Assembly (NCBI RefSeq): GCF_036321535.1
Contig: NC_087436.1
Location: 25,918,001 to 25,982,000 of the forward strand
Source of the DNA: Camelus dromedarius
Taxonomy: Eukaryota
DNA: 64,000 nucleotides
Reading direction: 5' to 3'
Shown: positions 1 through 13,540 of the stretch, in pieces
Numbering within the stretch: position 1 is the stretch's first letter
Layout: every line of letters begins with the position of its first letter
The notes under the pieces: generated by a model
Database searches by the model: none
Seen by the model: only the letters and a program-made list of their open reading frames with translations
What the model was told of the DNA's origin: nothing
Made by a program: the position numbers and the translations under genes

Positions 1-2324
1 GGCTGTTTTGACTTAATTAAAACTGTCTATATATTCCCTGAGTTTTGTATATTGGTTATTGTCCTTTTCCTTGCCCAAATTAGGGGTTAATATTCTCCTT
101 TGGTTCCTTACTTCATGTCTTCTCTGAAATACTGGGTTGGTTTCACATCTGGAAATTTTGAATCCTCTATTTCTCTGCTCTCTTATTTATATGTATTGAC
201 CTCTTTGCAACTATTCACTCCAATTGTGAAATAATGTAATACAATGTGTGGCCTAAAGAGCACAGCAATGGAGTTAGCTCTCCAAACTTAGTCTCAAAGT
301 CCTTGTTTATAAATTTGGGTAATAAACATTACAGTGTAGAATAGATTTGAAGATGAGACCAGACAGTATATGTAAATACTCAGTATTGAATATGAATATT
401 TGTAAGGCTACTAAATACTGAGTACATGGTAGCCGCTTTGAAGAGGAGGAGATGGAGGAAGAAAAGATGGACAGGGAAAAGGGGAGAAAGAAGAGACCAA
501 AGGTTATCCTTCCCAGAGATGTTCACTGCTCTGCAATACTTACAAAGATTGTTATGTATGCTAAAATGAGTTATTCTGAACACACCCAGAAAGAGTTTTT
601 TTTTTTCTTTTTAGGAACTGTTAAACATTTTAAAGAATTTGAGAAAACTGATACCATTTCAATCAATAAAAACCTTACATGTTAGATTACTATACAGTGT
701 TCTTTCTTTCTTTTTTTTTCTTTTTAATTTGCCACAGACCTGGTTGTATCACTTTTAGGCTTTATAGCCTTGGGCAGATCATTTAATTTCCTTATAAAGT
801 GATAATTAATACCTGTCTCCAATTTAACTATCTTAAGGATTTGATATTCTTCATGAGATTTTTTTTTCATTTAGATTAAACTTTCAATTAAACTTTCTTT
901 AAATTAACTTTCTTGAACAAATTAAATTTTAAATAATTGCATCAAGCTCCTGTAGATTGTTAAAGTAAATACAGTTGAAGTGATTTCAGTTCCTCTATCT
1001 CGTTCTTTCTCCCTCTCTGCTGCCCTGTCTCTTGCTCCCTTTTTGTTTTCTTTCTGTTCTCCCCTCTTTCACCTTCTCCCTCAGATATATATTCAGTAAA
1101 GTTGATTTTTCTTTCTTTTCAATTTTAGTATCTTCAGTACCAGCCTCTGAGTACATACATGTGTGTTGATAATGATTTGTGAATGTGTATAGCTAAGTGT
1201 CGAATTCAGCAGTTTATTTCTGAACCTGTTTTAATGTAGTAAGTTCAAAATGTATCAAAAAGGTCTTTGTTTATATTTTTATATGTTCAGTAAACAGTTG
1301 AAAGGGAAACCTCCCTTATTACTTTATTTCATTTCTCTTAAAATACAAAAGCTTTCATTTTAAAGCATTACTAAAAATAAAAGAGAACAAAAGCTAATTC
1401 TAAGACAAGAATTGAAAACAAAACAAAACAAAAACAATCCAAACCACCTTCCAAATGCCTTTTACCACACTCTGCAAAGTACTGAAATAGAGTTTTCTAT
1501 TCCTGTCACATCCAGTTGCAGGATTTACCAGAAGTGGACCTTGTTCCAGTTAGATAAAGTAAGATTATACTGAAAGCTGCTGATCTGTTTTCAGAAGAAT
1601 TGTTACAATTCTTGAGAGAAATTGCCCAGAGTAATAGAATTTTAGCAGAAATGAATCTGTTACTAGCTGGGAAAAGTACTTATAGCCACAGAAACCTGTG
1701 ATGACAAACATGCAGTTTTGATTATGGTCTATGGAATTAGTACATAGAAGAAGGGAAGTACATTGAATGAAATGTTGATTATTATTTTTTAACAGAAATG
1801 TATACCCCTGTGAATTGCACCACTTCTTTTTTTTTTTCAGAAAATAGTTATTACTAACCTTGGTAATGAACTTCACTTGCATATCACTTCACAGTAAGAC
1901 CTTCTTCTTCCCTTGCTAATCCAAATGATGAAAGAAAGACATTTGGGCTAATATCTTTAATGAAAGCTTTCTTCTGAGAAACTAAATTTAAAATTGATCT
2001 TTGGTTTGAAACACTAAATTGATCAGGCATCAATTCAGAATAACTGATTTGAGAACAATCATTTATCTAAAAGTCACTCTTGTTTACTTACAATTTAGGA
2101 ATTTATTTTCAAACTAAATCAATTATAGTTTAAGTCAGTATATTCGAGTGAAACTGCTGTAGGCAAGAAAAAAATTTGAGAACCAAAGGCAGCATTTGAC
2201 CAAGAATGAGGAACTGCGTCATTTACACACTAAAGCCAATAAAAGTACTACTGAAAATGAGAAATTGAAGCTCATGTTCACAGTTTCAGATTAAAAAGTA
2301 CAGTTATGTTTTCATATTTATAAC

Positions 2325-2669
2325 TGCATTAGTCCATTCAAACTGCTGTAACAAAAAATACTATGGACTAGGTAGCATATAAACAACAGAAATTTATTTC
2401 TCCAAGTTCTGGAGGCCAGAAGTCTGAGGTCAGGATGCCAGAACAGTTAAGTGAGGGCCTTCTCCTGGGTTGCAGATTTCTCATTGTAACCTTACGTGGT
2501 GGAAGGGGCTAGGAAGTTCTCTGTTGTCTCTTATAATGGGATGAATCCCATTCCTGAGGGCTCTATCTTCATGGCCTAATCATCTACCAAAGGCCCCAGC
2601 TCTTAACACCACCACACTGGCATTGGAATTTCAATGTATGAATTTGAGGAGCCACATCAGACCACAGCG
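2325..2669 (-). mobile_element. MaLR solo LTR, MLT1A-like
   Basis: Resembles the reverse MLT1A consensus (ttagtccattca..ctgctgtaacaaaa..aaacaacagaaatttatttctc..gttctggagg..aaaggcccca..tcagaccacagc); 5-bp TSD ATAAC at 2320-2324 and 2670-2674. Confidence 0.88.
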
Positions 2670-3899
2670 ATAACAGTGGGACACAATGAATCACAAATTA
2701 TAAAATATCTTTGTGGATTTCAAATGTAAATTAAATCTTATCATCTTACTATATTCTGTCTTTGCTGCTTGCTACTGAAGATGTCGATTAAGCAAAATCA
2801 AATCATAAAAAGCAGTTAGTAATTTCTTAAATTGAAGGCTTTTCATAGTAACAAAAGACAACTGAGGATTCAAAGTTGATCAACAGGCCTCTCATGTAGG
2901 AAACCTGTGTCCTCACTGTCCCCGCTTCCACTGTGGCCACTGTTCAACATGCCCCCTATTATTATATTGGCAATGACTGCATTTCTAGACCCTAAATGGA
3001 GCATTTTTGGCACAATTATTTTGGATTAACCCAAAAAAAACAATTTAGAAATATTGTACTCCAGGTTTTTTCCTCCTTTATCCTTTTTACTTTCCCTAAG
3101 TTACTAGCTATACGATTTCCAAAATTGCTTTTACCATTTATTGCTGAAAATTCTAAATATATGCATATCAGCAAGATTATAGCCAAAGCAGATATTTAAT
3201 ACAGGCTTTAGACGAAAAATACAATGTTGAGTGGGGCACACACTTTTGGACCAAAGGACTCAGTCTAAATTTCTAAAACTATAGTAGTAGTAGATAAAAA
3301 ACTTCCTAGTTCATGAAGAGGCGGCAAGGTGTCCCTGAAACAAGAAGCTTTGGATAAAACAGTTTTGCCCTGTTACTTAATAACTCACTCTGGGAATAAA
3401 AATTAGCTTTCCATGTGTCAATTTACTTCTTTGTAAAATGAGAAAAAAAATTAGCTATCTCCTTTATGGATATTAGGATGTAATTAAATACAATTAAATT
3501 ATCCATGTTGACATGCCTATCACAGAATTTGCCACATAATACATACTCAAGAAATATTACTTTCCCTGCCCAATGAATGTTAATCTGACTTCTTTCCATG
3601 TTCAGATTAAAAACAACTGTGTAATCAAGATGCAGCAAAATTCCTCTACTGTCAGTGCAGTAATATAATCTCAAATTCTATTATTTCGGACAAGTCACTT
3701 TCCTTCAGTGGATTATCTAGAACTCCTAACTTACATCAGAGAATAAATATGGTGTTTATAATTATGTGACAGGATTATAAATACAATTCTTTTAATTTCA
3801 GTGTCAGCTGAAATGTCTACATAATGCTGAGTTGAATAAAGTGGCTTTAATCTTTAACAGCTTATACAAGACACCACAAGGTAGAGAGAAGACTTGTTA

Positions 3900-4440
3900 A
3901 GTGTGAGAAGGAGATGTTACACAAGGAACTCTCTTTGTGTCCTGAGTTCCCCTCCCTACCCCCATTCCTGCATAAGGGGCTAGGACAGGCAAGTCCTTGC
4001 CCCTCACTTCAAGTAAAGAAAGGAAATCTTCAAAGTGACCAGGAAGAGCACTTCACATATATCCCCTGGGATTCACTCAAGATCAGAATTGAGGCCACAC
4101 AAATGGGAAGGAAGAAATGATGGTTGCCTGGGAAGGCAGCATGCACTCCAACGTTGGCATGCAGAAAAAAGAAGTGTTAAGTATATATACCCCAAATGGC
4201 TTTACTCATAAAAGATAACCAAAAAAGGATCATCTTTGATTTTATCAAAGGGAATCAATTGAAAGGGCAAAAATACCTTGGGCCAAAAAACTGGCTGAAC
4301 TACCAGATGCCCAAGGGATTAGCAAAGAGTTGCAAATGGCCCTTAGCAAGGAAATTGTAGGCCAGATATCCCCAGGGTTAGAGACTTTCCAAAGAACACC
4401 CAAAAACTGTCCAGGAGTCAAATTGCTTCATCTTGTTAAT
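3900..4440. mobile_element. Possible ancient LTR-like element, family unresolved
   Basis: Block of higher GC with LTR-like composition; no clear termini or TSD. Confidence 0.25.
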
Positions 4441-6384
4441 TACATTCTTCAGTTTCTGTAGACATTGTATTTGTAGTACTCTCAAATTGTAGAATTCATC
4501 TCCCTGGTATATATTATTAGTTTGACATCTTATTTTTGCATTTAGATTGCACAAAACATTTTTACTTCAAGAATGTAATGATACCAATTTGCTAATTTTT
4601 TTTTTTTTTTTGGTTCTGTTTTTGGCATACATACCTTTGAAAACCAGATATTGCTAATGCTGTAACACCAAGCAGTATAAGTGACGTAAATACTTTCTAG
4701 TTCTTCCTGTTTCCTTTCTCTTAACTTATATGAATCAATTTTGGAAAGGTCAAACCCTGAATATACAAAATATACTTAAATAGCAATTGTGAGATACAAA
4801 TGCTGTAAACCATCTTATCATTTTTCAGTAAATGATAACATGTTCATATTCATTCAGACATAAGCCATGTAAACAGATGTTTTTACATGGAAAAGAAACC
4901 CTGAATTGTTGAATTGTTCTAGTATAACTGGGCTCAAACAAACACTTGAGGGTTTAAGAGGGAATGCCATGACCAACAAATACAGATGCTCTTTGAGCTC
5001 AACTAAATCCAACAGAAACATTCAGCTTTATACTTTTACCCTTGAGACAGCTTGAATTCAATAGCTATTTGCAGAGTTATGTGAGGGTGAGACAAAAATG
5101 AATGTACCATGTAAAATAGTGTTTCAAATAACATATTGGTTTGAAGACATTTATTCCAATTTTTATAAGGCTTTATTTCTTTCCTACGAGTTGGTTTAGC
5201 TTGTTAAAAGAATATTGCCCTCTAAAAAAATATAAACTTTCTTGTCCTTAAGGACAACATAAACATAGCTAACCTATACGGTCACATTCTTCTGAGACTA
5301 ATACTGAATAAAAGAGGGCATTGTCTGGATAGTCAGCAATTCTTTCCCTGCTCAATACCCCTAAAACTGTGTAATTATCTGAGGTGTTGCTATAAATCCA
5401 GTATTTACAACATACATTCCTTAGAGCATGAGGTAATCACATATGTCATAGAGGAAGAAAAGAAGTTTCAATTTTTTCTGTGAGACACTTTTTTTCCCTA
5501 ATTATTGAATTTAAGTCTTGGAAGAAACATGAATGTAAATATTATTCAGACCAATGCATGAAATCATGCAAAAGTACTTTAAACAATACATTTATTAATC
5601 GTGGTAACAGTTTCTCATTTCTAGCGAATGTAGAATGACTAATGGCATCACTGCTATTTTTTAATGCTTTCTGGGTATATTATTTCAGAGATTTCCACAT
5701 TGATGTTGTTTTTCATGCCCTCTCATGTAAAATTCAAACATTTTTATGCCATAATATAATACTTAAATTAAAAACAGTCTAACCTCTTTCAACTTGCTCT
5801 ACTGTACAAGTTCAGGGTTACTTAAAAATTGCTTTCATTATAAAATAGTGGAGCAGACTGAGCTTGCCAATAATGTCCTTAAAAAGCTATTGCCAAGGAA
5901 CTGTTCAGTTTTTGGTTGTTCGGTTTCAGAATCTTTGCTTCCACACACATACACACAAATTACTTGGAATTCCTGAGCATTCTAAGAGGGAAGCTCACCT
6001 TCAAGCCTCAAGAGTAGATCAGGTCCACAAGGCTTCGTCCTGAGTCAGAGTGTAACACAACATAGAATTTCATATTCAACTTCAGTGAAAGACGTTTAAA
6101 TCCCAAAGCTCTCAGCCTTCTCTTTCTAGTGCCTAGTGTAATCTACTTATTAATTTCAATAAATGTTTATTAAAATTAATAGCCAGTGTGATCTGGGTGG
6201 GAAACACCACAGAAATAATCTCTGCTCTCCTGAAATTCACAGTCTAGTAGGAGAAACAGATATAAAACATGGGACAAAAAATATATATATATAATATGCA
6301 CTCATAACAATATATGCATGTTACAGGAATTTGACTAAAATGGCTTAATCAAATAGGAATTTATTTTCTCATGCTTAAGTTCTG

Positions 6385-6825
6385 TTGTGACATGTTTTCC
6401 CTACAATTTAGAGGTGGATCTTATATTTTCTCCTCTTGAATTTGGTGAGGTTCAACTATGGCAAATGTGACACTATGTGAATTCCATAACTAGATTTTAA
6501 AAGGAAATAAAGCTTTTGCCTCATCCTCTTGCTACACTTGATTTTATAAAACAGCTGCCAGGCTACATAGAACCATATGTAGGCATTCCAGCCCCAGCCC
6601 CTTCAGGCCCAGCTGAAGTCTCAGTCAACAGTAAGCATCAACATCTGTTATTTGAGCCTTTAGATAGTTACAATACTGTCTTCAAACCTCCTCAGCTGAC
6701 ACTGCATGGAGCAGAGATGAGTTGTCCCTGATAGACCCTGAAAAACTGCAGATTTGTGAGTAAGATTAGAATTGGTATTGTTTAAATCACTAAGTTTTGG
6801 AATTGTTTGAGCAGACTTTGCTAAC
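6385..6825 (+). mobile_element. MaLR LTR, MLT1F/G/H-like
   Basis: Motifs cccagctgaagtctcagtcaacag, ggagcagagatgagttgtccctg, ctgcagatttgtgag and ttttaaatcactaagttttgg are typical of MLT1 LTRs. Confidence 0.75.
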
Positions 6826-6924
6826 TTTAAGTGAGGTGCTAGAAAAATTTATATATATATATATATAAATATATATCTTTGTATATAAGTACATATATAT
6901 ATATACACAGACACACATATATCT

Positions 6925-7400
6925 GTGGAAATTAGTGGAGAGTGGATCAAAGGAAGCTTGAAAAATCTTGAAGAGGTAGTTAATGAAAGTCAAAAAGGAA
7001 GAGGCTATTAATAGAAGCCTCATGGCCCTCAAAAAGGCTGTCAGTGGAAGCTTTAAGGAAAGTAAGGAAAATATCATTGTAAACTGGAGGAAAATGAGCA
7101 ATTGTTATGTGGCAGTAGAAAATTTAGATATTCTGTCACCTGCAATAACATGAAAAATGGCATATTTGTCTAATGAACTTGACCAGGCAAAGTGCTGAAG
7201 ATGCTGTCTACCTTCATCGAGCTGCCTACAGTAATATGAGGAAGAAGAGTTTGAGGCTCGAGAAAGAAATATTAGATTAAAACCAGGAATTGCTGAGTTC
7301 AACAAATGACATTTCTCATTTAGATAGAAAATCTGGTCAGATTTTCTAATCTGATTAGATAGAAAAAAAGATGCTAACACTAAGAAATGATTTCTGACCA
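6925..7400 (+). mobile_element. MaLR internal (MLT1-int) fragment adjoining the LTR
   Basis: Purine-rich segment aaggaaaatatcattgtaaactggagg..ttgttatgtggcagtagaaaatttag..ctaatgaacttga resembles MLT1-int. Confidence 0.65.
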
Positions 7401-7629
7401 AAAATCAAATCCAGAGGGCTGTTCATGGCATTGATAACCATAAACAACACTAACATTCCAGAGCAGCTTAGCTTTCTGCTTTGCCACATTAACCATGTTA
7501 ATTTTATGCTCATATTTATAAGATGGCTGTTGCATTTCTAGGATGCATCCCATTGCACACAGGAGGGAGGATAAGGGCAAAGGGCAAGTGTTGTATGAGT
7601 TATTTAGACATTCTTGCCTCAATTAAAAA

Positions 7630-7755
7630 ACTAGTAAAATGAGGTTAATAACAGTAGATACCTCATAGATTTCTTTTAGGTATGAAATATGTTAATAAGG
7701 ATAAAGCATTTGGAATCATGCCAGAAACATGAGTGCTACAAAAGTATTTATTTAA
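7630..7755 (+). mobile_element. MIR SINE 3' part
   Basis: gtaaaatgaggttaataacagtagatacctcatag..taaagcatttggaatcatgccagaaacatgagtgct matches the MIR core/tail. Confidence 0.65.
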
Positions 7756-8077
7756 AAGAAGAAAAAAACATATGCCTGCTGAATCTGTTCTTCTGATCAG
7801 AAAAATAGTTATTTTTATGAAATCCTCCATTTGTAGAATTCCTCTCACTTCTCCTTTGCCAAACTGAACCACATATTTTTACATGGGTGAAATTCTACAT
7901 TAAAGAGTATTGGACCTAGTAGTAAAGAAAAAGAGAAAAGTGGACACTGAGTAGGCACTCAGCAGCAGCAGCCTGATGAAAAAAACAGTAAAATCCCATG
8001 TGAGCATGTACTAGATTCTGAACCTAGTCTGAGGACCTAAGACATCTCAAGTAGGACAGAAATATATATAAAGAATG

Positions 8078-8089
<12 letters not shown>

Positions 8090-8123
<34 letters not shown>
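8090..8123. repeat. (TA)n microsatellite
   Basis: About 16 perfect TA units. Confidence 0.95.
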
Positions 8124-8126
<3 letters not shown>

Positions 8127-8259
8127 AGGCACAATTTCTTGATATTGATAGGCTATTTGGGGGTAACACTGGAGAAACTATATTGGAGAGAATCATAATG
8201 AACTTTGAAGATAAAAGCAACAATGAACTTTGTCATTTAAGCAATTAAGTGTATATACA

Positions 8260-9600
8260 TGTTTCTTCTTTTACATATATTCATGTATTTTCTTTCATTA
8301 TATCTGAGTTATACTCTATGTTTTAAATGTGTCTGAGGCACAGTTTATTTTTATTCATATTTTTAATTTTTTAAGTTTTGCATATTTTTATTTACCTTGT
8401 TTCAAGGTGTTCTGTCATATTAAATATTCTGTTGAATCCTCTAGTAAATTTTTCAGTCACTCAATTTTAAGAATTGGATTTTCTATTATTTAATACTTTT
8501 GCTGTTGTTGAGTTCCTGTTTACTCATTGATCTCATACTGTCCTTTAATTTTTTAAATACAGTTTTCTACAATTTGGGGACATATTTGTACTAGTTAATT
8601 TGAAGTCTTTATTGGCTAAATGTAATATCTAACCCAAATGGAGTCAGTTTCTATTAACTGCTTCTTTCCTCCCTAAAGTATGAGTCATATTTGTCTGTTC
8701 TTTACATGTCAATTAGTTTTTGTTTGAAAACTGGACATTTTACACCATATGTTTTTTGACTGTGGTGTTTCATTTTTTTCTACTGAAACTGTCTCACTTT
8801 TCTTCTAGTAGGCAGATAACCTGACTGAGTTTAAAATGTGAAATTTGTCAACCCACAGTGGTCAATAATGATGCCTCGGCCTACTCTTTTTAGATTCTTG
8901 CAGCTCACATTTTTAGCTTTGCAATCTGGTGGCTCCCCTCTGCTGGCATAGTATAGAAATCAACCATGGATTTGGATAGAATTTTTACTCGGATTTAGGG
9001 GCTTACTCTTTCTGTGATTCTCTTTCTTCTAGTTTCCCTTTAAATTTCTAGCCACTCAGTCATTCCAGAGTTCCACTTTCTAACCTCAAGCCAGGAAGCC
9101 TCTGACTTGCTGATGTCTATGCTATGTTCAGGTAACAAACATGCTCAAAGCTGCAGCAAACTCTGAAATCTCACCAGGAGCAAGTACGTCTTACAAAGGT
9201 AGAACTCTCCCTAGTTTCTACAGGGTTGTTCTTCATGCTATCAAGGACCTACCACATTGCTGTGTAGTGTTTAGTCAGACAGAGATTTGGAAAGAATTTA
9301 TATTCAACTTTGGATTTCAGCCATTCTATGGCTTTTCTTTTCCTTTCCTGAATTCAATTATCTGCCACCTTGAGCTGGTAAGGCAGTGACTTTCCTTCAC
9401 TGGAGCTGGGGTTGGAGAATGAACCCAGGTTAAAAGTCATATGCTTACATCTCTTATCTAACAGGGTAGTTTTTTTCAATAAAACTTTTCTCAGTTTTTT
9501 TGCCTGACTTTGGTTTTTTATACTGATTTGATGCTTTTATAATTGATATCTATAGGAGGAATTGCCTGCCTTCTTCACACTGCCATTATCAAAAATCCCA
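8260..9600 (-). mobile_element. Old L1M 5'/ORF1-region fragment, degenerate
   Basis: T-rich antisense L1 motifs (gtcagtttctattaactgc, tttgtttgaaaactggacatttt). Confidence 0.55.
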
Positions 9601-12550
9601 AATACTTTTTTAAATAACTCTAATTTCCAGCTCTTTTCAAGCTATACTAGCATTGTTACTTATTTTTGTACATATTTCTTCTGGGATTATTACATAATCT
9701 CACTTGTATATTTGCTGCAGCACAATATTCTTATCTATCTGCCCCAAATTATCCAAGGTGGAGTATGACTTTGCAGCACTTCTCCTGAGCCATTTTTTTA
9801 GATCATCATTATCATTGCTCAAGCCCCTGCCCTTAGTCATCATATATTTTTCTAATAGTAGATAATTAGTTATCCATTAACCTCTGCCTTCATACATCTA
9901 ATTATTTTATGACCTACATATCTAAATGAATATTATTTCTCTAAATAATAATTCTAATATCCAATTACTGAGTAAAGAATTCAGAGAGGCTGGGCAGGAT
10001 TAGAAGCAGTTGCAGCTGTACATTCCAATTTGGCCATAGTTTTAAATGGATTGAAATGAAAGGAATATTCACATGTATGGGTAGGAGCTGTTTCCCGTAT
10101 CCTCCTTTCTTCTCTTTCAATATTCTCACTTTAGAAAGGGTAAGTATTATGCATACCTAACTTTTTCTCCATCTTATTAACCAACTGCCAATGCGAATAT
10201 AAAGTTCTGTATAAGGCACTGGTGTGAGAGGGAACAGCATCTATGTTTATATACTCCTTTGAAAATGTCCAATCACTGTCTTATGTACATCATGACTTAT
10301 GATTCTAAATGGTAATCAACAAAATTGTATCCTATGCTATGCAATTATTTAACATGTCTAAAAAGGTTTGAAGATTAACTGTTCCAAGTTTATAGCTTTA
10401 ATCTTTACATATGTGTACATATATTTATTTATTTAGTCTCAAACTACAAAAGAATAGATGTATGAGTGAGCAAGTGACTGAGTGTGAATGTGTGTATGCA
10501 TGTGTGTGTGTGTGTGTAGCATAAGATCAAGAATTTCTGGACATCATGTATCAAAACTTATGACTCAAAAACTTAAAGCCAAAAAACATGTTATATTCTT
10601 TCAATATTTAGAGGGTCTGCCTAATATTTCCTATCACTAGAGAACAGAAGAGTTCAACTGTAGATGAGTAGATGAGAGACAAGTCAGTGCTTTATGAGAT
10701 CTTTTCTGTAACGTGTTCTGAGCTCTTTAAATACTTGATCGAAACAATCTTTGTTGGAATTTTTGCATCTTGTGATACAAACACCAGAAATAAATAAAAA
10801 GAATGCTCAACTGGTGCCTTTCTTGTCCTGCCACACACTTCTTCCTCCAATTATATGTCATTAATATAGCTAATGGGATTTTGGCACTAGACTGACTGAG
10901 AGGGGATGTGGTAAAGGAGGGGGCAGACGAAAGTGGATGACATGAGCAAAGAAAGCACTCAGTATTTCTCTGCTTAAGCAGTGGCAGCGCCATCAGCCTT
11001 TTCTTTAGTCTTCACTGACAGGGCTGGAGGTCCTTCTATACATGCCTGTGTCTCATGCATTCATGGGCAGCTCTGACACCACAGCCCCTTTTGTTCAGAT
11101 CTTAAAATACGAGCTCATTGCTTTCCTTCTCTCAGCTGCCATATGGCTTTGTGGAACCTGGCCTAAAAGGAAGCAGGAAAAAAACTCCTAGAAATAAAAC
11201 AACCAACAGATGAAATTGATTTATTTTCAGCATTAAGAGATGGGGGTGGAAGCCTTTCAGAAACATAAAACCTAGCACCGAGCAGGCAAACAGCCTGCTC
11301 GTATGACAGCTCTTATATACATTTAAAAAAAAAAAAAATAACATGTGGCAGAAAATAGAAGGCCCATTATTTTACTTAACTACTGTATCCAATTTGAATG
11401 AAATGGAATTTTCAAGCTTAAGTAAACTGACTGCACAGTTTCCCAGTGTACTTTAGTTTTAGTTGGACAAAATACTTCAGAACTTTAAAATGTCTATGGA
11501 ACATCAGCCTTCTAGAAGTTTATCTTACCCTAAAACTTTTACAAATACTTCACTTTATTTTAGTTCTTCTACTTTAAGCTTCTCAATTTAGGCAGTTACA
11601 GCTCTCTTCTAAATTGCTTTAAAAGCCTAGTTAGAATATATCTAAAGGATGGTTTTGGAAATGACATTTTGTCATGCTGTAAAGATGTGACAAGAGTGCT
11701 GAAAAAACAAACTAATGAAGGAAATGTATTTGAAAAGACAATCATATCTCTGAACAAATTTGTTAAATTGAAATATTTAAATTTTAAGAACAAGAATATT
11801 TGAGCTCTAAAATACTCTATAAGACTATCTTTTTTATTAGGACATTTAAAATGTAAATAAAGGTTAATTGACACAAGTATAAAAGTGAAAGTTATTTTAT
11901 TGATACTTATTACCTTATTTCCTTAGTTTGGTACTCAAGTGCATATTGCTAAAACATGGCATTTTCTAAGAGTTTCCTACATTTGTATAAATAACTCCAA
12001 GCACTGGGTTATCTATTCTTGGATTTTGAACTTTTAGTTTAAACAAAGGTTGAATTAGATCAGGTTCAACTGAGTGCATAGGAGAAAGTAGGCTATATAA
12101 ACACACAAGAGGCTCCTTCTTTAATTCATTACAGAAAAAAAATCAGAAAGATAGGTACTTGTGAGTGGTCTACATGACACTGAAGAAGACTTGTAAGTTT
12201 AGCTCTATCACTAATACATGGTTTGCCTTTGGTAAAACATTTTATTATCCTCTGACTGTGTTTGTGTTTGCTTTTTATTTTTAATGCCTCATCATTTTTC
12301 AAAAACACAAACAAACAAAAAAAAACTTATCCCTGTATTTAAATGAAATTTTGCTACAAAGCCTAGCATTTAAACAGGTAAAATTAGTGCTGCTTTAAAA
12401 TTTTTTAGATGTTTAAAGAAAGTTATTCCAAGAGGTTCTGTACTGCTCTTTCTGTCTTTTGGCAACTGTTTTTGAGAAACCAGTTGTATGACTAGTAAAA
12501 ATATTTATCCACTTAAAATTGAATTATTTCATGGGGAAAGAAATTGAGGG

Positions 12551-12582
12551 TATAAATTCATTCACAGCATCTGGGTGTCAGT
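12551..12582 (+). promoter_or_regulatory. Candidate TATA box plus initiator
   Basis: TATAAAT at 12551 and TCAGT at 12578-12582; the A at 12580 lies 29 nt from the TATA start; a strong splice donor follows at 12661. Confidence 0.3.
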
Positions 12583-13540
12583 AGGCTTAGAAGAGGATCA
12601 GATCCTCGCTTGTGACATGGGTCTGTGGGCAAGACGTTTTTGTTGACTCCAGCCAGGAAGGTAAGTTTTGAGCACCTATCCTCTTGACTAGATTTGAAAT
12701 TTTCAGAGACGACACTAAGAATTTTAAATGGCTAGGTAAGCATTCTATTTATATACTACATATAAAAATATATAATATTATTAACATAATATTATGTTAT
12801 ATATTTGAAGTAACAGATACTTAGAACTATAAATATTTAGGAGAGAAATTTATTGGAAAGGAATTTAAAAGCAAACAGTCTTCTCTGGTTTTTCTGCTTA
12901 AAGTCAGATTAATTTTTATTAAGACCACATGGCATTTGGCACTGTGTTTAGAATTATGAAACCCAAGATAGGATTATACTACCTGAAATAAAAACACAGG
13001 GGGGTTTGAAAGAGCGATTGGTCTCAAACAACATAAATACATTGAAAAGAATTTTCTGTTTTGAAATGTGCAATTACTAATAGCAATTGATTGTACCTTT
13101 ATTCTCTGTAGGTACTTCTCTCTGGTTCCTACTCTACAGCTGTACTAAGGGATCGTCTGTGTTCCCCTGAATCATAAAGAATTACTTTCATCTTTAGCAA
13201 AAATCTGGGAAGCATATGGTCTTGTGCAGAAGAGCGCATGTGTACTACTTCCTTTTCTCAGAGTTCAGCCAATGGCATGTGGCTCATTGTTCACTTTGTG
13301 TCTGTCCGATTTTTGCTCCACATTTTCCAACTCGGAGGAAGCAGAAATGGAGCCACTTCGTACCTCATTACTTGTTCTGTGGAGAATGCACTGTAACAAC
13401 TTGATGGTTTATACGGTCCCAACAGGAGTCAGAAAAATCTTAACCTGTATGATGTTTTCAGACTTTAAATTTTTTTCTGCCTCATTTTCTGTTGTGACAA
13501 GAGGATGTGAAGAAGGAAACAGGTTTTTCAACAGCTAAGC
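12580..13540 (+). ncRNA. Candidate spliced transcript: exon ~12580-12660, intron 12661-13111, exon from 13112 (3' end unknown)
   Basis: AAG|GTAAGT donor, TACTAAT branch site at 13075-13081, pyrimidine tract plus TAG at 13109-13111; no recognisable ORF. Confidence 0.3.

Noticed and set aside
10975..11000. CTCF-like motif (gcagcgccatcagcc); similar partial matches near 45802 and 62005
   Set aside because: Only half of the core matches; not supportable without PWM scoring or ChIP data
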